A DNA stretch of 64,000 nucleotides, taken from NCBI RefSeq assembly GCF_017656375.1, contig NZ_JACDOB010000005.1, positions 1,719-65,718 of the forward strand, read 5' to 3'. Position 1 is the stretch's first letter. Every line of letters begins with the position of its first letter. Shown here in pieces: positions 1 to 8,708 of the stretch. The position numbers and the translations under genes were made by a program. The notes under the pieces were generated by a model, which searched no databases, was not told the origin of the DNA, and saw only the letters and a list, made by a program, of their open reading frames with translations. The stretch comes from Thermovirga sp. GTDB lineage: Bacteria > Synergistota > Synergistia > Synergistales > Thermovirgaceae.

Positions 1-720
1 TTCCCTGAGCAGGTTACCGAACATCAAAACCCCTATCAGCGGTACCGAGGCAGGGAGAATGAGTCCTGCCGCTATGGTACAGATAATCGGGAACAACACT
101 CTCTCCCTCTTGCTCACAGGACGCAAGCTGTCCATCCGTATAGCCCTATCTTTCTTGGTAGTAAGAAGTTTAATTACAGGAGGTTGAATAAGAGGCACCA
201 GCGACATATAACTATAGGCCGCAACTGCCACAGCCCCAAGAATTTGAGGAGCCAACTTCATCGTGAGATATATCGACGTTGGACCATCAGCACCACCTAT
301 TATGGCTATAGATGCTGCCTCCTGCACGGTAAAACCGAGCATCATGGCCCCGAAAAGGGCAATAAACACGCCCAGCTGAGCCGCAGCTCCAAGTAAAAAC
401 GTTATGGGGTTTGCCAAAAGAGGTGAAAAATCGGTCAACGCACCAATACCCATAAATATGATGACCGGATATATCTCATGCTCAGTCCCAAAGAAAACAT
501 ACCTTAAAAATCCACCTTCATCCATTATCCCCGATAGTGGCAAATTAACAAGTATACAACCTGTAGCTATAGGAACCAGAAGAAGCGGTTCAAACCCCTT
601 TGCTATAGCAAGGTAAAGTAACACAAAAGCCACTATAAGCATTACTATATTACCTAAACTCAACCCTGCAAATCCTGACTCAGTCAGGATAGTCGACAAG
701 GCCTTAAAATACAGTCCCAT
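1..720 (-). CDS. mmdB: Na+-translocating decarboxylase, integral-membrane beta subunit (OadB/MmdB/GcdB family). N-terminal 240 codons only; the gene runs off the left edge.
   Basis: Absent from the ORF track because there is no stop inside the window. My own minus-strand translation from the ATG at 720 gives MGLYFKALSTILTESGFAGLSLGNIVMLIVAFVLLYLAIAKGFEPLLLVPIATGCILVNLP...IGGADGPTSIYLT...LIGVLMFGNLLRE, open to base 1. It is hydrophobic, carries family hallmarks, and follows mmdA-D-C. Confidence 0.85.
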   Translation of the reverse strand, partial: MGLYFKALSTILTESGFAGLSLGNIVMLIVAFVLLYLAIAKGFEPLLLVPIATGCILVNLPLSGIMDEGGFLRYVFFGTEHEIYPVIIFMGIGALTDFSPLLANPITFLLGAAAQLGVFIALFGAMMLGFTVQEAASIAIIGGADGPTSIYLTMKLAPQILGAVAVAAYSYMSLVPLIQPPVIKLLTTKKDRAIRMDSLRPVSKRERVLFPIICTIAAGLILPASVPLIGVLMFGNLLRE

Positions 721-744
721 GGCCTCTCACCCTTTCAAGCCAGA

Positions 745-1149
745 CTAGCCCAGCACGACGAGCACGTCACCGGTATTGACAGAATCGCCGTCTTTTACTC
801 GCACCTCTTTAACCGTGCCAGATACTGGAGCCTGAATTTCGTTTTCCATTTTCATGGCTTCCAAAATAAGGAGAACATCGCCAGCATTCACTTGTGCTCC
901 TACGCTCACCGAAACCTTCAGAACCTTACCAGGCATAGGAGCTTCTACTACTTCACCACCCGCCGGAGCTGGTGCAGCTGCGGGAGTAGGCGCTGGAGCT
1001 GGCGCAGCAGCAGGAGCTGGTGCAGCTGCAGGCGCCGGTGCAGGAGCTGCTGCTGGTTTACTGGCAGCAGAAGCTGTTGATGCTCCGAGCTCCTCCACTT
1101 CCACTTCGTAACTTGTGCCATTAACCGTGATCCTGTATTTACGTGCCAT
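745..1149 (-). CDS. mmdC: Biotin carboxyl carrier subunit of methylmalonyl-CoA decarboxylase
   Basis: 134 aa. C-terminal biotinyl domain with the EAMKMENEI biotin-lysine motif. Long Ala/Pro linker. N-terminal RITVNGTSYEVEVE. Confidence 0.85.
   Translation of the reverse strand: MARKYRITVNGTSYEVEVEELGASTASAASKPAAAPAPAPAAAPAPAAAPAPAPTPAAAPAPAGGEVVEAPMPGKVLKVSVSVGAQVNAGDVLLILEAMKMENEIQAPVSGTVKEVRVKDGDSVNTGDVLVVLG
957..1075. repeat. GC-rich low-complexity stretch of GCN/CCN codons encoding the (Ala-Pro)n linker of the biotin carrier
   Basis: Protein segment AAAPAPAPAAAPAPAAAPAPAPTPAAAPAPA. The DNA is made of reiterated gctgg/gcagc units. This is a coding linker, not an independent repeat element. 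Confidence 0.7.
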
Positions 1150-1215
1150 TGTTTCTCCTCCTTATCGACTTTTAGAAATTTCTTACATTACAATATATTC
1201 TTTCCCTAATTTAAA

Positions 1216-1632
1216 TTATTCAAGCCCCTCAGAAAGATCCATACGTCCAGCTAGCTTCCACGCCTTCGCCGTCGGCCTTAATCTGGCAGTTCCAACTGGG
1301 GCTGTCCTTCGTATGGAGGTAACAACACCACCACACGAAGCCGCTAATGCAGCAGCTATAACAGCTACGACTTCTTCATCGCCTCCAGCCATCTTGACTG
1401 CCTTTTGTGCCACAGGAGCTGAAGGAGCTTTAGGGACCGCCTTGCTGCTTGCGCCTCCTCTGTTATCGGTATGTTCCTTGGTTCCTAAAGCAGCAATAAA
1501 TCTCACCGCATATATGATCAAGGTCAATCCGATAAGCACCAGAAAGACTACCGAAAAAGCTATCATGGACAAAGCTAGAGCGCCACTTGTCCCTTGAGCA
1601 AACCTTTCAGCAAAAGTTGTCATCTCCATCAC
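1216..1632 (-). CDS. mmdD: Small membrane subunit of the decarboxylase Na+ pump (OadG/MmdD-like)
   Basis: 138 aa with one N-terminal TM helix (ALALSMIAFSVVFLVLIGLTLIIYAV) and a C-terminal EEVVAVIAAALAA segment. It lies between mmdA and mmdC, as in the mmdADCB order I recall for Propionigenium. Confidence 0.6.
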   Translation of the reverse strand: MMEMTTFAERFAQGTSGALALSMIAFSVVFLVLIGLTLIIYAVRFIAALGTKEHTDNRGGASSKAVPKAPSAPVAQKAVKMAGGDEEVVAVIAAALAASCGGVVTSIRRTAPVGTARLRPTAKAWKLAGRMDLSEGLE

Positions 1633-1643
1633 CAGGTCCCTCC

Positions 1644-3203
1644 TTAATGAGGCATTACGCCATGTTTTCTACGGGGCCTCAGGACACGTTTGCCTTCTGT
1701 CTGAACTAGGGCGTTGTAAATTTCCAACCTGGTCTCTTCGGGCAAGATTACGCGATCTACGAAACCTCTCTTAGCGGCCTGGTATGGCGTAGCGAAAGCT
1801 TCCCTATATTCCTCTATTTTCTTGGCCCTTTCGGCCTGGGGATCTTCAGCTGCCTCAATCTCCTTGCGGAAGATGATATTAGCAGCACCCTCGGCACCCA
1901 TTACGGCTATTTCTGCCTGCGGCCAAGCCAAGACCACATCTGCTCCCAGGTCTTTGCTGCACATGCCTAGATAAGATCCACCGTATGCCTTCCTGAGCAC
2001 AACGGTGATCAAGGGCACTGTGGCTTCGCTATAAGCATAAAGCAATTTCGCGCCGTGTCGTATAATTCCTCCAAGCTCCTGGGCTTTGCCTGGAAGGTAT
2101 CCAGGAACATCAACAAAAGTCACGATAGGAATATTAAAGGCATCACAGTAGCGAATAAACCTGCTAGCTTTGTCGGAAGCATCTATATCCAAACATCCAG
2201 CCATAACTGACGCTTGGTTTGCAATAATACCTATCACAAGGCCTCCTACGCGAGCAAAACCTGTAACTATATTTCTTGCCCACATGGGCTGAACCTCGAA
2301 AAATTCTCCATTGTCAACTACTTTCTGAATAACATCCTGCACCTTATACCCTTTGTTCGGGTTAGTGGGAACCATCTCGCGCAAGGCCATCTCTGTTCTA
2401 TCTACAGGATCGTCGGTCTCCACAAAGGGTGGCTCTTCCATGTTATTGCTGGGGAGATACGAGAGGAGTTTGCGTATCTGGGCAAAACATTCTTCCTCGT
2501 TCGCAGCGAAGAAATGAGCATTACCCGAAATCTGGTTATGAGTTCTAGCTCCGCCGATCTGCTCACTTGTCACATCTTCCCCAGTAACAGCCTTTATGAC
2601 GGCTGGACCAGTTATATGCATTATACCTATCTTGTCGACCATGAAGATGAAATCAGTTAAAGCGGGGCTATACACTGCACCACCTGCTGTGGGACCAACT
2701 ATGGCTGAAAGCTGTGGAACAACACCACTGGCAAGGGTATTACGATAGAAAATGTTGCCATATCCAGAAAGGCTGTCTACTGCTTCTTGTATACGAGCTC
2801 CACCAGAATCGTTCAGGCCTATAACAGGGGCACCGTTTGTTACGGCAAGATCCATAACTTTACATATCTTTTTGGCGTGCATCTCACCTAGAGAACCACC
2901 CATGACAGTAAAATCCTGGCTGAACACGTAAACTAGACGGCCATCAATAGTGCCATATCCGGTGACTACTCCGTCACCAGGATAAACCTTCTTGTCCATC
3001 CCGAAATTAACACACCTGTGCTCCACGAACTCGTCAATCTCAACAAAGCTTCCTGGATCAAGAAGCTTGTCGATCCTCTCACGAGCCGTGAGTTTGCCCT
3101 TCGCGTGCTGCTTTTCGATGGCCTTGCTACCGCCACCGCTTTGGGCTTTTTCTCTGCGCTTAAGAAGTTCTTCACACAACTCTCCGATGTTACGCTCACT
3201 CAT
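1644..3203 (-). CDS. mmdA: Methylmalonyl-CoA carboxyltransferase (decarboxylase alpha subunit; propionyl-CoA carboxylase beta family)
   Basis: 519 aa. Typical carboxyltransferase signatures: KQHAKGKLTARERIDKLLDPGSF, GGSLGEMHAKKI, GLNDSGGARIQE, and a C-terminal second CT domain. Confidence 0.9.
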   Translation of the reverse strand: MSERNIGELCEELLKRREKAQSGGGSKAIEKQHAKGKLTARERIDKLLDPGSFVEIDEFVEHRCVNFGMDKKVYPGDGVVTGYGTIDGRLVYVFSQDFTVMGGSLGEMHAKKICKVMDLAVTNGAPVIGLNDSGGARIQEAVDSLSGYGNIFYRNTLASGVVPQLSAIVGPTAGGAVYSPALTDFIFMVDKIGIMHITGPAVIKAVTGEDVTSEQIGGARTHNQISGNAHFFAANEEECFAQIRKLLSYLPSNNMEEPPFVETDDPVDRTEMALREMVPTNPNKGYKVQDVIQKVVDNGEFFEVQPMWARNIVTGFARVGGLVIGIIANQASVMAGCLDIDASDKASRFIRYCDAFNIPIVTFVDVPGYLPGKAQELGGIIRHGAKLLYAYSEATVPLITVVLRKAYGGSYLGMCSKDLGADVVLAWPQAEIAVMGAEGAANIIFRKEIEAAEDPQAERAKKIEEYREAFATPYQAAKRGFVDRVILPEETRLEIYNALVQTEGKRVLRPRRKHGVMPH

Positions 3204-3243
3204 TTTGCTTCCCCCTTAACTTTATGCCAATACTTCCCTGCCC

Positions 3244-3648
3244 TCAGTTCCTTTCGCTGAGTTCAAGGAGAACGCCGCCTGTTGACTTAGGGTGAACAAA
3301 GGCTATTCGAGCCCCACCAGCCCCATACCTGGGCTTTTCGTCTATGAGGCGCACACCTTTTTGTTTTAATTCCTCCAGCGCTTCTTCCAAATTTTCCACT
3401 CTTATGGCTATATGATGGATGCCCTCACCTTTTTTCTCTATAAATTTAGCTACCGGGCTATCCTCGCCAGTGGCCTCCAGAAGCTCAACCTCCGTGTCCT
3501 TTATAGGCAAGAAAGCTGTTTTTACTTTCTGCTCCTTTACTTCTTCTATCCCCTCACACTTAATACCCAAGGTAGCTTCCCAAAATTTCAAGGCATCCTC
3601 AATACTTTTTACTGCTATACCGATGTGATCTACTACAATAGGTTTCAT
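3244..3648 (-). CDS. mce: Methylmalonyl-CoA epimerase (glyoxalase/VOC fold)
   Basis: [20 protein letters not shown]...[15 protein letters not shown]...[16 protein letters not shown] prefer the ATG at 3648 (GGGGGG SD upstream) over the track start at 3681. Confidence 0.85.
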   Translation of the reverse strand: MKPIVVDHIGIAVKSIEDALKFWEATLGIKCEGIEEVKEQKVKTAFLPIKDTEVELLEATGEDSPVAKFIEKKGEGIHHIAIRVENLEEALEELKQKGVRLIDEKPRYGAGGARIAFVHPKSTGGVLLELSERN

Positions 3649-3790
3649 AAAGTTTACCCCCCGCTCGCAAATTATGCCCATAAGCCAAATTAAAAATCTG
3701 CAACTAGAATTCTGACCGAAATAAAAAAATGTTCTATGGCATCACTTGACAAACTCAACCCATGCTAGCAGTTAAGTGTTTTTGCGCATT

Positions 3791-4201
3791 TTATTTCCTT
3801 TTTTCAGCAACTGCTTTCTCAAGCCATTCTATGCAAGTTTGGGTTGGTGTTCCGGGACCAAAAACTGCCCCTACACCCATTTCGAGCAGCCCAGGAACAT
3901 CGTCTTCTGGGATAACTCCACCGCCAAAAACAATAATATCCTCAGCATTTTTTTCCTTGAGAAGCTTTATTATTTCCCTGAAGTAGTGCTCGTGGGCACC
4001 ACTTAAAATACTTACTCCTATAGCATCGGCATCTTCCTGTATGGCCGTTTCCACTATGCTCTCCGGAGTCTGCCTGAGTCCTGTGTATATTACTTCCATG
4101 CCCGCATCTCGAAGCGCCCTGGCCACAACCTTGGCCCCTCTATCGTGACCATCAAGACCAGGCTTTGCGACTACCACCCTGATTTTACGTTCCGACATCA
4201 C
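3791..4201 (-). CDS. Methylmalonyl-CoA mutase, small B12-binding subunit
   Basis: 136 aa with DGHDRGAKVVARALRDAGMEVIYTG (the DxHxxG cobalamin-binding motif) and GGGVIP. Confidence 0.9.
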   Translation of the reverse strand: MMSERKIRVVVAKPGLDGHDRGAKVVARALRDAGMEVIYTGLRQTPESIVETAIQEDADAIGVSILSGAHEHYFREIIKLLKEKNAEDIIVFGGGVIPEDDVPGLLEMGVGAVFGPGTPTQTCIEWLEKAVAEKRK

Positions 4202-4233
4202 CGTCGCACCTCCCGAATCACTTCTTATAATTC

Positions 4234-5916
4234 TTACAGAACTATATTCTCTTGATACTCGCCAAACTCCTCACGGAGCACGCCACAGATTTCACCTTCG
4301 GTAGCGTAAACCTTTACTGCCTCTATTATTGCAGGCATGAGGTTCCGGCTCTCATCACGGGCAGCCTCTCTTACTACCTCAAGAGCACGCCGTACTGCTT
4401 CGCCGTCTCTTCTGCTCTTCATTTCCTGCAGGGCCTTCACCTGGTTTTCTCCTACCTTAGGATCGACCTTCAAGAGTTCTCTCTTTTCTCCCTGCTCGTC
4501 CACAGTGAAGCGGTTGACTCCGACTACTACGGCCTCTCCGCTCTCTACGGCTTTCTGATAGTTATAAGCTGCATCCTGGATCTGTTGCTGCACATAACCA
4601 TTCTCTATCGCTCTCAGCATGCCGCCCATCTCGTCAATCTTGTTTATGTATTCCAAAGCCTGCTTTTCTATCTCGTTTGTCAAGCTTTCAATAGCGTAAC
4701 TGCCTGCCAATGGATCTACAGTGTTGGCCACACCGGACTCATAAGCTATGATCTGCTGAGTCCTCAAGGCTATACCGACACTCTTTTCCGTTGGCAACGC
4801 CAAAGCTTCGTCAAAGCTATTGGTGTGCAAGGATTGGGTTCCTCCCAGTACTGCAGCCAAAGCCTGAATAGCCACACGGACAATGTTGTTTTCCGGCTGT
4901 TGGGCTGTCAATGTGCTTCCAGCAGTCTGAGTATGGAAGCGGAGCATCAGCGCCTTCGGATCGGTTACCCCAAACCTCTCCTTCATGAGTTTAGCCCAAA
5001 GCCTCCTGGCCGCCCTGAATTTGGCTATCTCTTCAATGAAATCGTTGTGAGCATTGAAGAAGAACGAAAGCCTCCTGCCAAAGACATTGGGATCAAGACC
5101 TTTGGACACCGCAGCCTCAACATATGCCAACCCATCAGCCAATGTAAAGGCAACCTCCTGCACAGCAGTTGCGCCTGCCTCTCTTATGTGGTAACCCGAT
5201 ATGGAGATAGTGTTCCATTTGGGAACGTGAGTACTGCAGAATTCAAATATGTCAGTGATCAATCTCATGGATGGTTTTGGAGGAAAAATGTAGGTACCTC
5301 TTGCAATGTATTCTTTTAATATGTCGTTCTGAATGGTTCCAGAGAGCTTATCCATCGACACTCCCTGCTTCTCTCCGACAGCTATGTACATGGACAAAAG
5401 CACCGACGCTGGAGCATTGATGGTCATGGACGTGGAAACCTTGTCCAAAGGAATGCCGTCAAAAAGCACTTCCATGTCGGCCAAACTGTCAATGGCAACT
5501 CCTACCTTACCTACTTCACCCTGTGCCATCGGGTGATCTGAGTCATAACCTATCTGCGTAGGCAAGTCAAAGGCTACTGAAAGACCCGTTTGCCCTTGCT
5601 CAAGGAGATATCTGTAACGAGCGTTAGATTCTGCGGCCGTGGCGAAACCAGCATACTGACGCATCGTCCAAAATCTGCCCCGATACATGGTAGGCTGAAC
5701 GCCCCTGGTGAAAGGATACTGTCCAGGGAATCCAAGATCTTCCACATAACTGTGACCCTCAAGGTGCTCTGGAGTGTACAACCTCTCCAGAGGAAGGCCT
5801 CCTCCTGTCTTAAACTCTGGTTTCCTCTCCGCAAACTTCTGAAGAGCCTTTTGAACCTTCTCTTCGTACTTCTTGGTTCCTTCTTTGATCTTCTCAAGTT
5901 CTTCCTTATTAAACAC
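4234..5916 (-). CDS. Methylmalonyl-CoA mutase, large catalytic (TIM-barrel) subunit
   Basis: 560 aa. [62 protein letters not shown] start with an AGGAAAGGGG SD. Confidence 0.92.
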   Translation of the reverse strand: MFNKEELEKIKEGTKKYEEKVQKALQKFAERKPEFKTGGGLPLERLYTPEHLEGHSYVEDLGFPGQYPFTRGVQPTMYRGRFWTMRQYAGFATAAESNARYRYLLEQGQTGLSVAFDLPTQIGYDSDHPMAQGEVGKVGVAIDSLADMEVLFDGIPLDKVSTSMTINAPASVLLSMYIAVGEKQGVSMDKLSGTIQNDILKEYIARGTYIFPPKPSMRLITDIFEFCSTHVPKWNTISISGYHIREAGATAVQEVAFTLADGLAYVEAAVSKGLDPNVFGRRLSFFFNAHNDFIEEIAKFRAARRLWAKLMKERFGVTDPKALMLRFHTQTAGSTLTAQQPENNIVRVAIQALAAVLGGTQSLHTNSFDEALALPTEKSVGIALRTQQIIAYESGVANTVDPLAGSYAIESLTNEIEKQALEYINKIDEMGGMLRAIENGYVQQQIQDAAYNYQKAVESGEAVVVGVNRFTVDEQGEKRELLKVDPKVGENQVKALQEMKSRRDGEAVRRALEVVREAARDESRNLMPAIIEAVKVYATEGEICGVLREEFGEYQENIVL

Positions 5917-6075
5917 TTCAGGACGCCCCTTTCCTTCTTAAGCGTTCTGTCTCCTTCATACATAAAGTGAAGGGATATTCAATCTTGCAACATTATTTAT
6001 CAGAAGACAAAATAATGCAAGCATTTTCTTAGAATTGCAAGACAAAAGACTACAAATTGCACATATCTTCATGCT

Positions 6076-7224
6076 TCACCTTAAAAATTTCACAATAAGA
6101 GTGGTAAACATAACCATAAAAAACAGTGCCAATGGATAAGTAGCTCCATATCCTGCAGCGGGATCTTCACTCCCCGTAGCATCAATAGCCGCTCCCAAGC
6201 CTGGAGTGCTAGTCATGGCGCCACATATGGCCCCCGACAAAATAATCCAATTCATCTTCCATAGTTTTCGACCCAAAAGATAGCCTACCAAAATTGAAAA
6301 ACAAGCAGTAATTGTGCCAATCGCTGCCAGGACCAAACCACTTTCAAAGAATACTTCCAACATTGCTGGGCCAGCCATCAAACCGGCCGAAGCAAGGAAA
6401 AACGAAAGGGAAAAATCCCTAAAAGCTCCCAAGATCTTCCTGTCCATACGCATATCCAACGGGCCTATTTTATTAAACGATCCAAGCAACAGTGCTGATA
6501 GCAGAGCGCCTCCAGTAGTACCCAAACTTATATTCCCTACCCCTGGTATTGGAAATGACAATTTCCCCATAAGCATCCCAAGCAAAATGCATGTTGAAAA
6601 AGAAATAATACTAAAAGCCCTAGATGGATTAGAGGCACCTTCGCCTTCTTTTCGCCATAAGATTTTAGTCATTTCTTTTAAAGCAACTTTCTCTTCTTCC
6701 ACATCTATCTTCAAAAGTACTGGAGCCAACTGAACAAATAGCACAACGGCCAATACACCGAAGGGGTACGCTATGGTGTAACCTGCCACTACTCCTGGGT
6801 TCCCTGCTGAAGACTCTAAAGCAGCGCCAAGGCCTGGAGAACTAGTCAAAGCACCTACGTAAGTGCCAGCCACAACGTAAGGGTCAATTGCTTTACCTCC
6901 TAAATGGACAAAAAGCCAGGTACTTGTAGCACCAACAGCCGTAACAGCCGTAGAGAGCGCAGCGAACTTCCAGCCAAATTTTTTTATAAATAGGACCACA
7001 TCCCTTGCGGCCAAAAGTCCCACACTTGTAACAAAAACTATCAAATTCCAATAAAAGAAAACTTTGCCAACCTGTAATCCCAAAGCACCTAATATCAAAC
7101 CCGTAAAAAGGCACCCCGAAGTACCCAAAGAAACTCTACCAATGGAAATTTTCCCCAAAATCAGTCCGCTTGCTACAGCCAAAACTAAAATAAATATCTC
7201 ATTGGACAAAAGTTTTACAAACAT
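6076..7224 (-). CDS. AAEx (AspT/YidE/YbjL-type) transporter with two Asp-Al_Ex halves and no TrkA-C insert
   Basis: 382 aa polytopic protein. Internal duplication: ILGKISIGRVSLGTSGCLFTGLILG / LMGKLSFPIPGVGNISLGTTGGALLSALLLG, and GALTSSPGLGAALES / GAMTSTPGLGAAIDA. Confidence 0.6.
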   Translation of the reverse strand: MFVKLLSNEIFILVLAVASGLILGKISIGRVSLGTSGCLFTGLILGALGLQVGKVFFYWNLIVFVTSVGLLAARDVVLFIKKFGWKFAALSTAVTAVGATSTWLFVHLGGKAIDPYVVAGTYVGALTSSPGLGAALESSAGNPGVVAGYTIAYPFGVLAVVLFVQLAPVLLKIDVEEEKVALKEMTKILWRKEGEGASNPSRAFSIISFSTCILLGMLMGKLSFPIPGVGNISLGTTGGALLSALLLGSFNKIGPLDMRMDRKILGAFRDFSLSFFLASAGLMAGPAMLEVFFESGLVLAAIGTITACFSILVGYLLGRKLWKMNWIILSGAICGAMTSTPGLGAAIDATGSEDPAAGYGATYPLALFFMVMFTTLIVKFLR

Positions 7225-7246
7225 TGTTTATGCTCTCCTAAAATTT

Positions 7247-7810
7247 TTATGCTTTACGATATTTGGGCGGTTCTGTCTCATAAAGGTCATTGCCATAGGC
7301 ATCAATCACCACAATGGCAGGGAAATTCCTTACAGTAAACTTCATGATTGCCTCTGGCCCCAAATCTTCATAAGCCACCTTTTCAACTCGAACAATGCTT
7401 TTCGCCAACAGCGCAGCTGCTCCTCCAACTGCCCCGAAATAAACAGCCTTATACTTTTTCATGGCTTTTTTTACCTCTTGAGACCTTTTCCCTTTACCTA
7501 TCATTCCCTTGAGCCCCAATTTCAACAAAGTAGGAGTATATGGATCCATCCTGCCGCTAGTTGTAGGGCCTGCTGCGCCCACAACCCAGCCGGGAGGAGC
7601 GGGAGCAGGGCCTACATAGTAAATGACCTGCCCCTTTAGATCGAAAGGAAGGGGCTCTTTGCTCTCCGCAGCCTGAATTATCCTTTTATGGGCAGCATCT
7701 CTTGCTGTATAGACATCCCCATTTATGAATACTCGATCACCAGCCTTTAGGCGCATTACCAGGTCATCGTCCATAGGCACTTTTATCTCCATAGCTTCTA
7801 TCATCTGCAT
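7247..7810 (-). CDS. fumB: Class I (Fe-S) fumarate hydratase, beta subunit
   Basis: 187 aa. GDRVFINGDVYTARDAAHKR, GPTTSGRMDPY, KGMIGKGKR (Fe-S hydro-lyase C-terminal domain). Confidence 0.85.
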   Translation of the reverse strand: MQMIEAMEIKVPMDDDLVMRLKAGDRVFINGDVYTARDAAHKRIIQAAESKEPLPFDLKGQVIYYVGPAPAPPGWVVGAAGPTTSGRMDPYTPTLLKLGLKGMIGKGKRSQEVKKAMKKYKAVYFGAVGGAAALLAKSIVRVEKVAYEDLGPEAIMKFTVRNFPAIVVIDAYGNDLYETEPPKYRKA

Positions 7811-7816
7811 TTCCTC

Positions 7817-8677
7817 CTAAATGGTTACTTCTGCATGCCTGCAGGCATGACAGCAAACATTGACGGCCACAGGAATTCCAGCTAAATGCCCTGGAACATA
7901 TTCTATATGTAGCGCCAAACAAGAGGTCGTCCCCCCTAATCCCCCAGGCCCAATGCCAAGGCTGTTTATTCTTTCCAGGATTTCCCTTTCTAGTTGGGCG
8001 TAGCGGGGATCTTCATTGGAGGAACCAACAGGCCTTGCTGTAGCCCTCTTGGCGATCAAAGCTGCCTGTTCCATAGTTCCACCAATTCCCACCCCAATGA
8101 CCGTGGGAGGGCAAGGGTTTGGTCCTGCATCCATCACGGTTTTTACGACGAAATCCTTGACTCCTTCAACTCCTGCGGCAGGAGTTAACATCTTAAGGGC
8201 ACTCATGTTCTCGCTACCAAACCCCTTTGGCATGGCAAGAATCCTTACCCTGTCTCCTTTAACTATTTTTGTGTGTATCACCGCTGGAGTGTTTGTTTGA
8301 GTGTTCTTCCTCTCAAAGAGGGGATCATCAACAACTGATTTTCTAAAATACCCTTCATCATACGCAGCCTTTACCCCCCTGTTTACGGCATCCTCAACGA
8401 GGCCTCCCACTAGATGAACATCTTGGCCAATATCCAAGAAAACCACGGCCATTCCCGTATCCTGGCACATGGCTATGCCCTTATCTCTGGCTATATCGTG
8501 ATTTTTTAGGATTTGATCCAATACATCCTTGCCGAGAGGAGACTTTTCGTATTTATCCCTCATGTCCAAGAGAGCATTATATATATCTTGCCCAATCGAA
8601 GTATTAGCCTTCAAAAAAAGGGCCTTAACTGCATCTTCTATCATTCCCACATGTATTTCTCTCACTCTCATTGGCAC
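7817..8677 (-). CDS. fumA: Class I (Fe-S) fumarate hydratase, alpha subunit
   Basis: 286 aa. MCQDTGMAVVFLDIG, GGTMEQAALIAK, and C-terminal CCHACRH cluster cysteines. Confidence 0.85.
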   Translation of the reverse strand: MPMRVREIHVGMIEDAVKALFLKANTSIGQDIYNALLDMRDKYEKSPLGKDVLDQILKNHDIARDKGIAMCQDTGMAVVFLDIGQDVHLVGGLVEDAVNRGVKAAYDEGYFRKSVVDDPLFERKNTQTNTPAVIHTKIVKGDRVRILAMPKGFGSENMSALKMLTPAAGVEGVKDFVVKTVMDAGPNPCPPTVIGVGIGGTMEQAALIAKRATARPVGSSNEDPRYAQLEREILERINSLGIGPGGLGGTTSCLALHIEYVPGHLAGIPVAVNVCCHACRHAEVTI

Positions 8678-8708
8678 ACCTCCCTTTCAAAACCCGTTTG
8701 AACTCCGT

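Noticed and set aside
957-1075. Tandem-repeat or CRISPR-like signal in GC-rich reiterated DNA
   Set aside because: It is in frame inside mmdC and encodes the Ala/Pro linker. There is no spacer-repeat periodicity.
854-1597. Plus-strand ORFs 854-1111, 892-1080 and 1115-1597
   Set aside because: They are antisense to mmdC and mmdD. They stay open because of the GC-rich Ala/Pro codon repeats on the coding strand.
4252-5319. 355-aa plus-strand ORF
   Set aside because: It is antisense to the methylmalonyl-CoA mutase large subunit, whose motifs are unambiguous. The plus-strand translation is low-complexity (Leu/Ser/Cys-rich) with no motif, so it is a shadow ORF.
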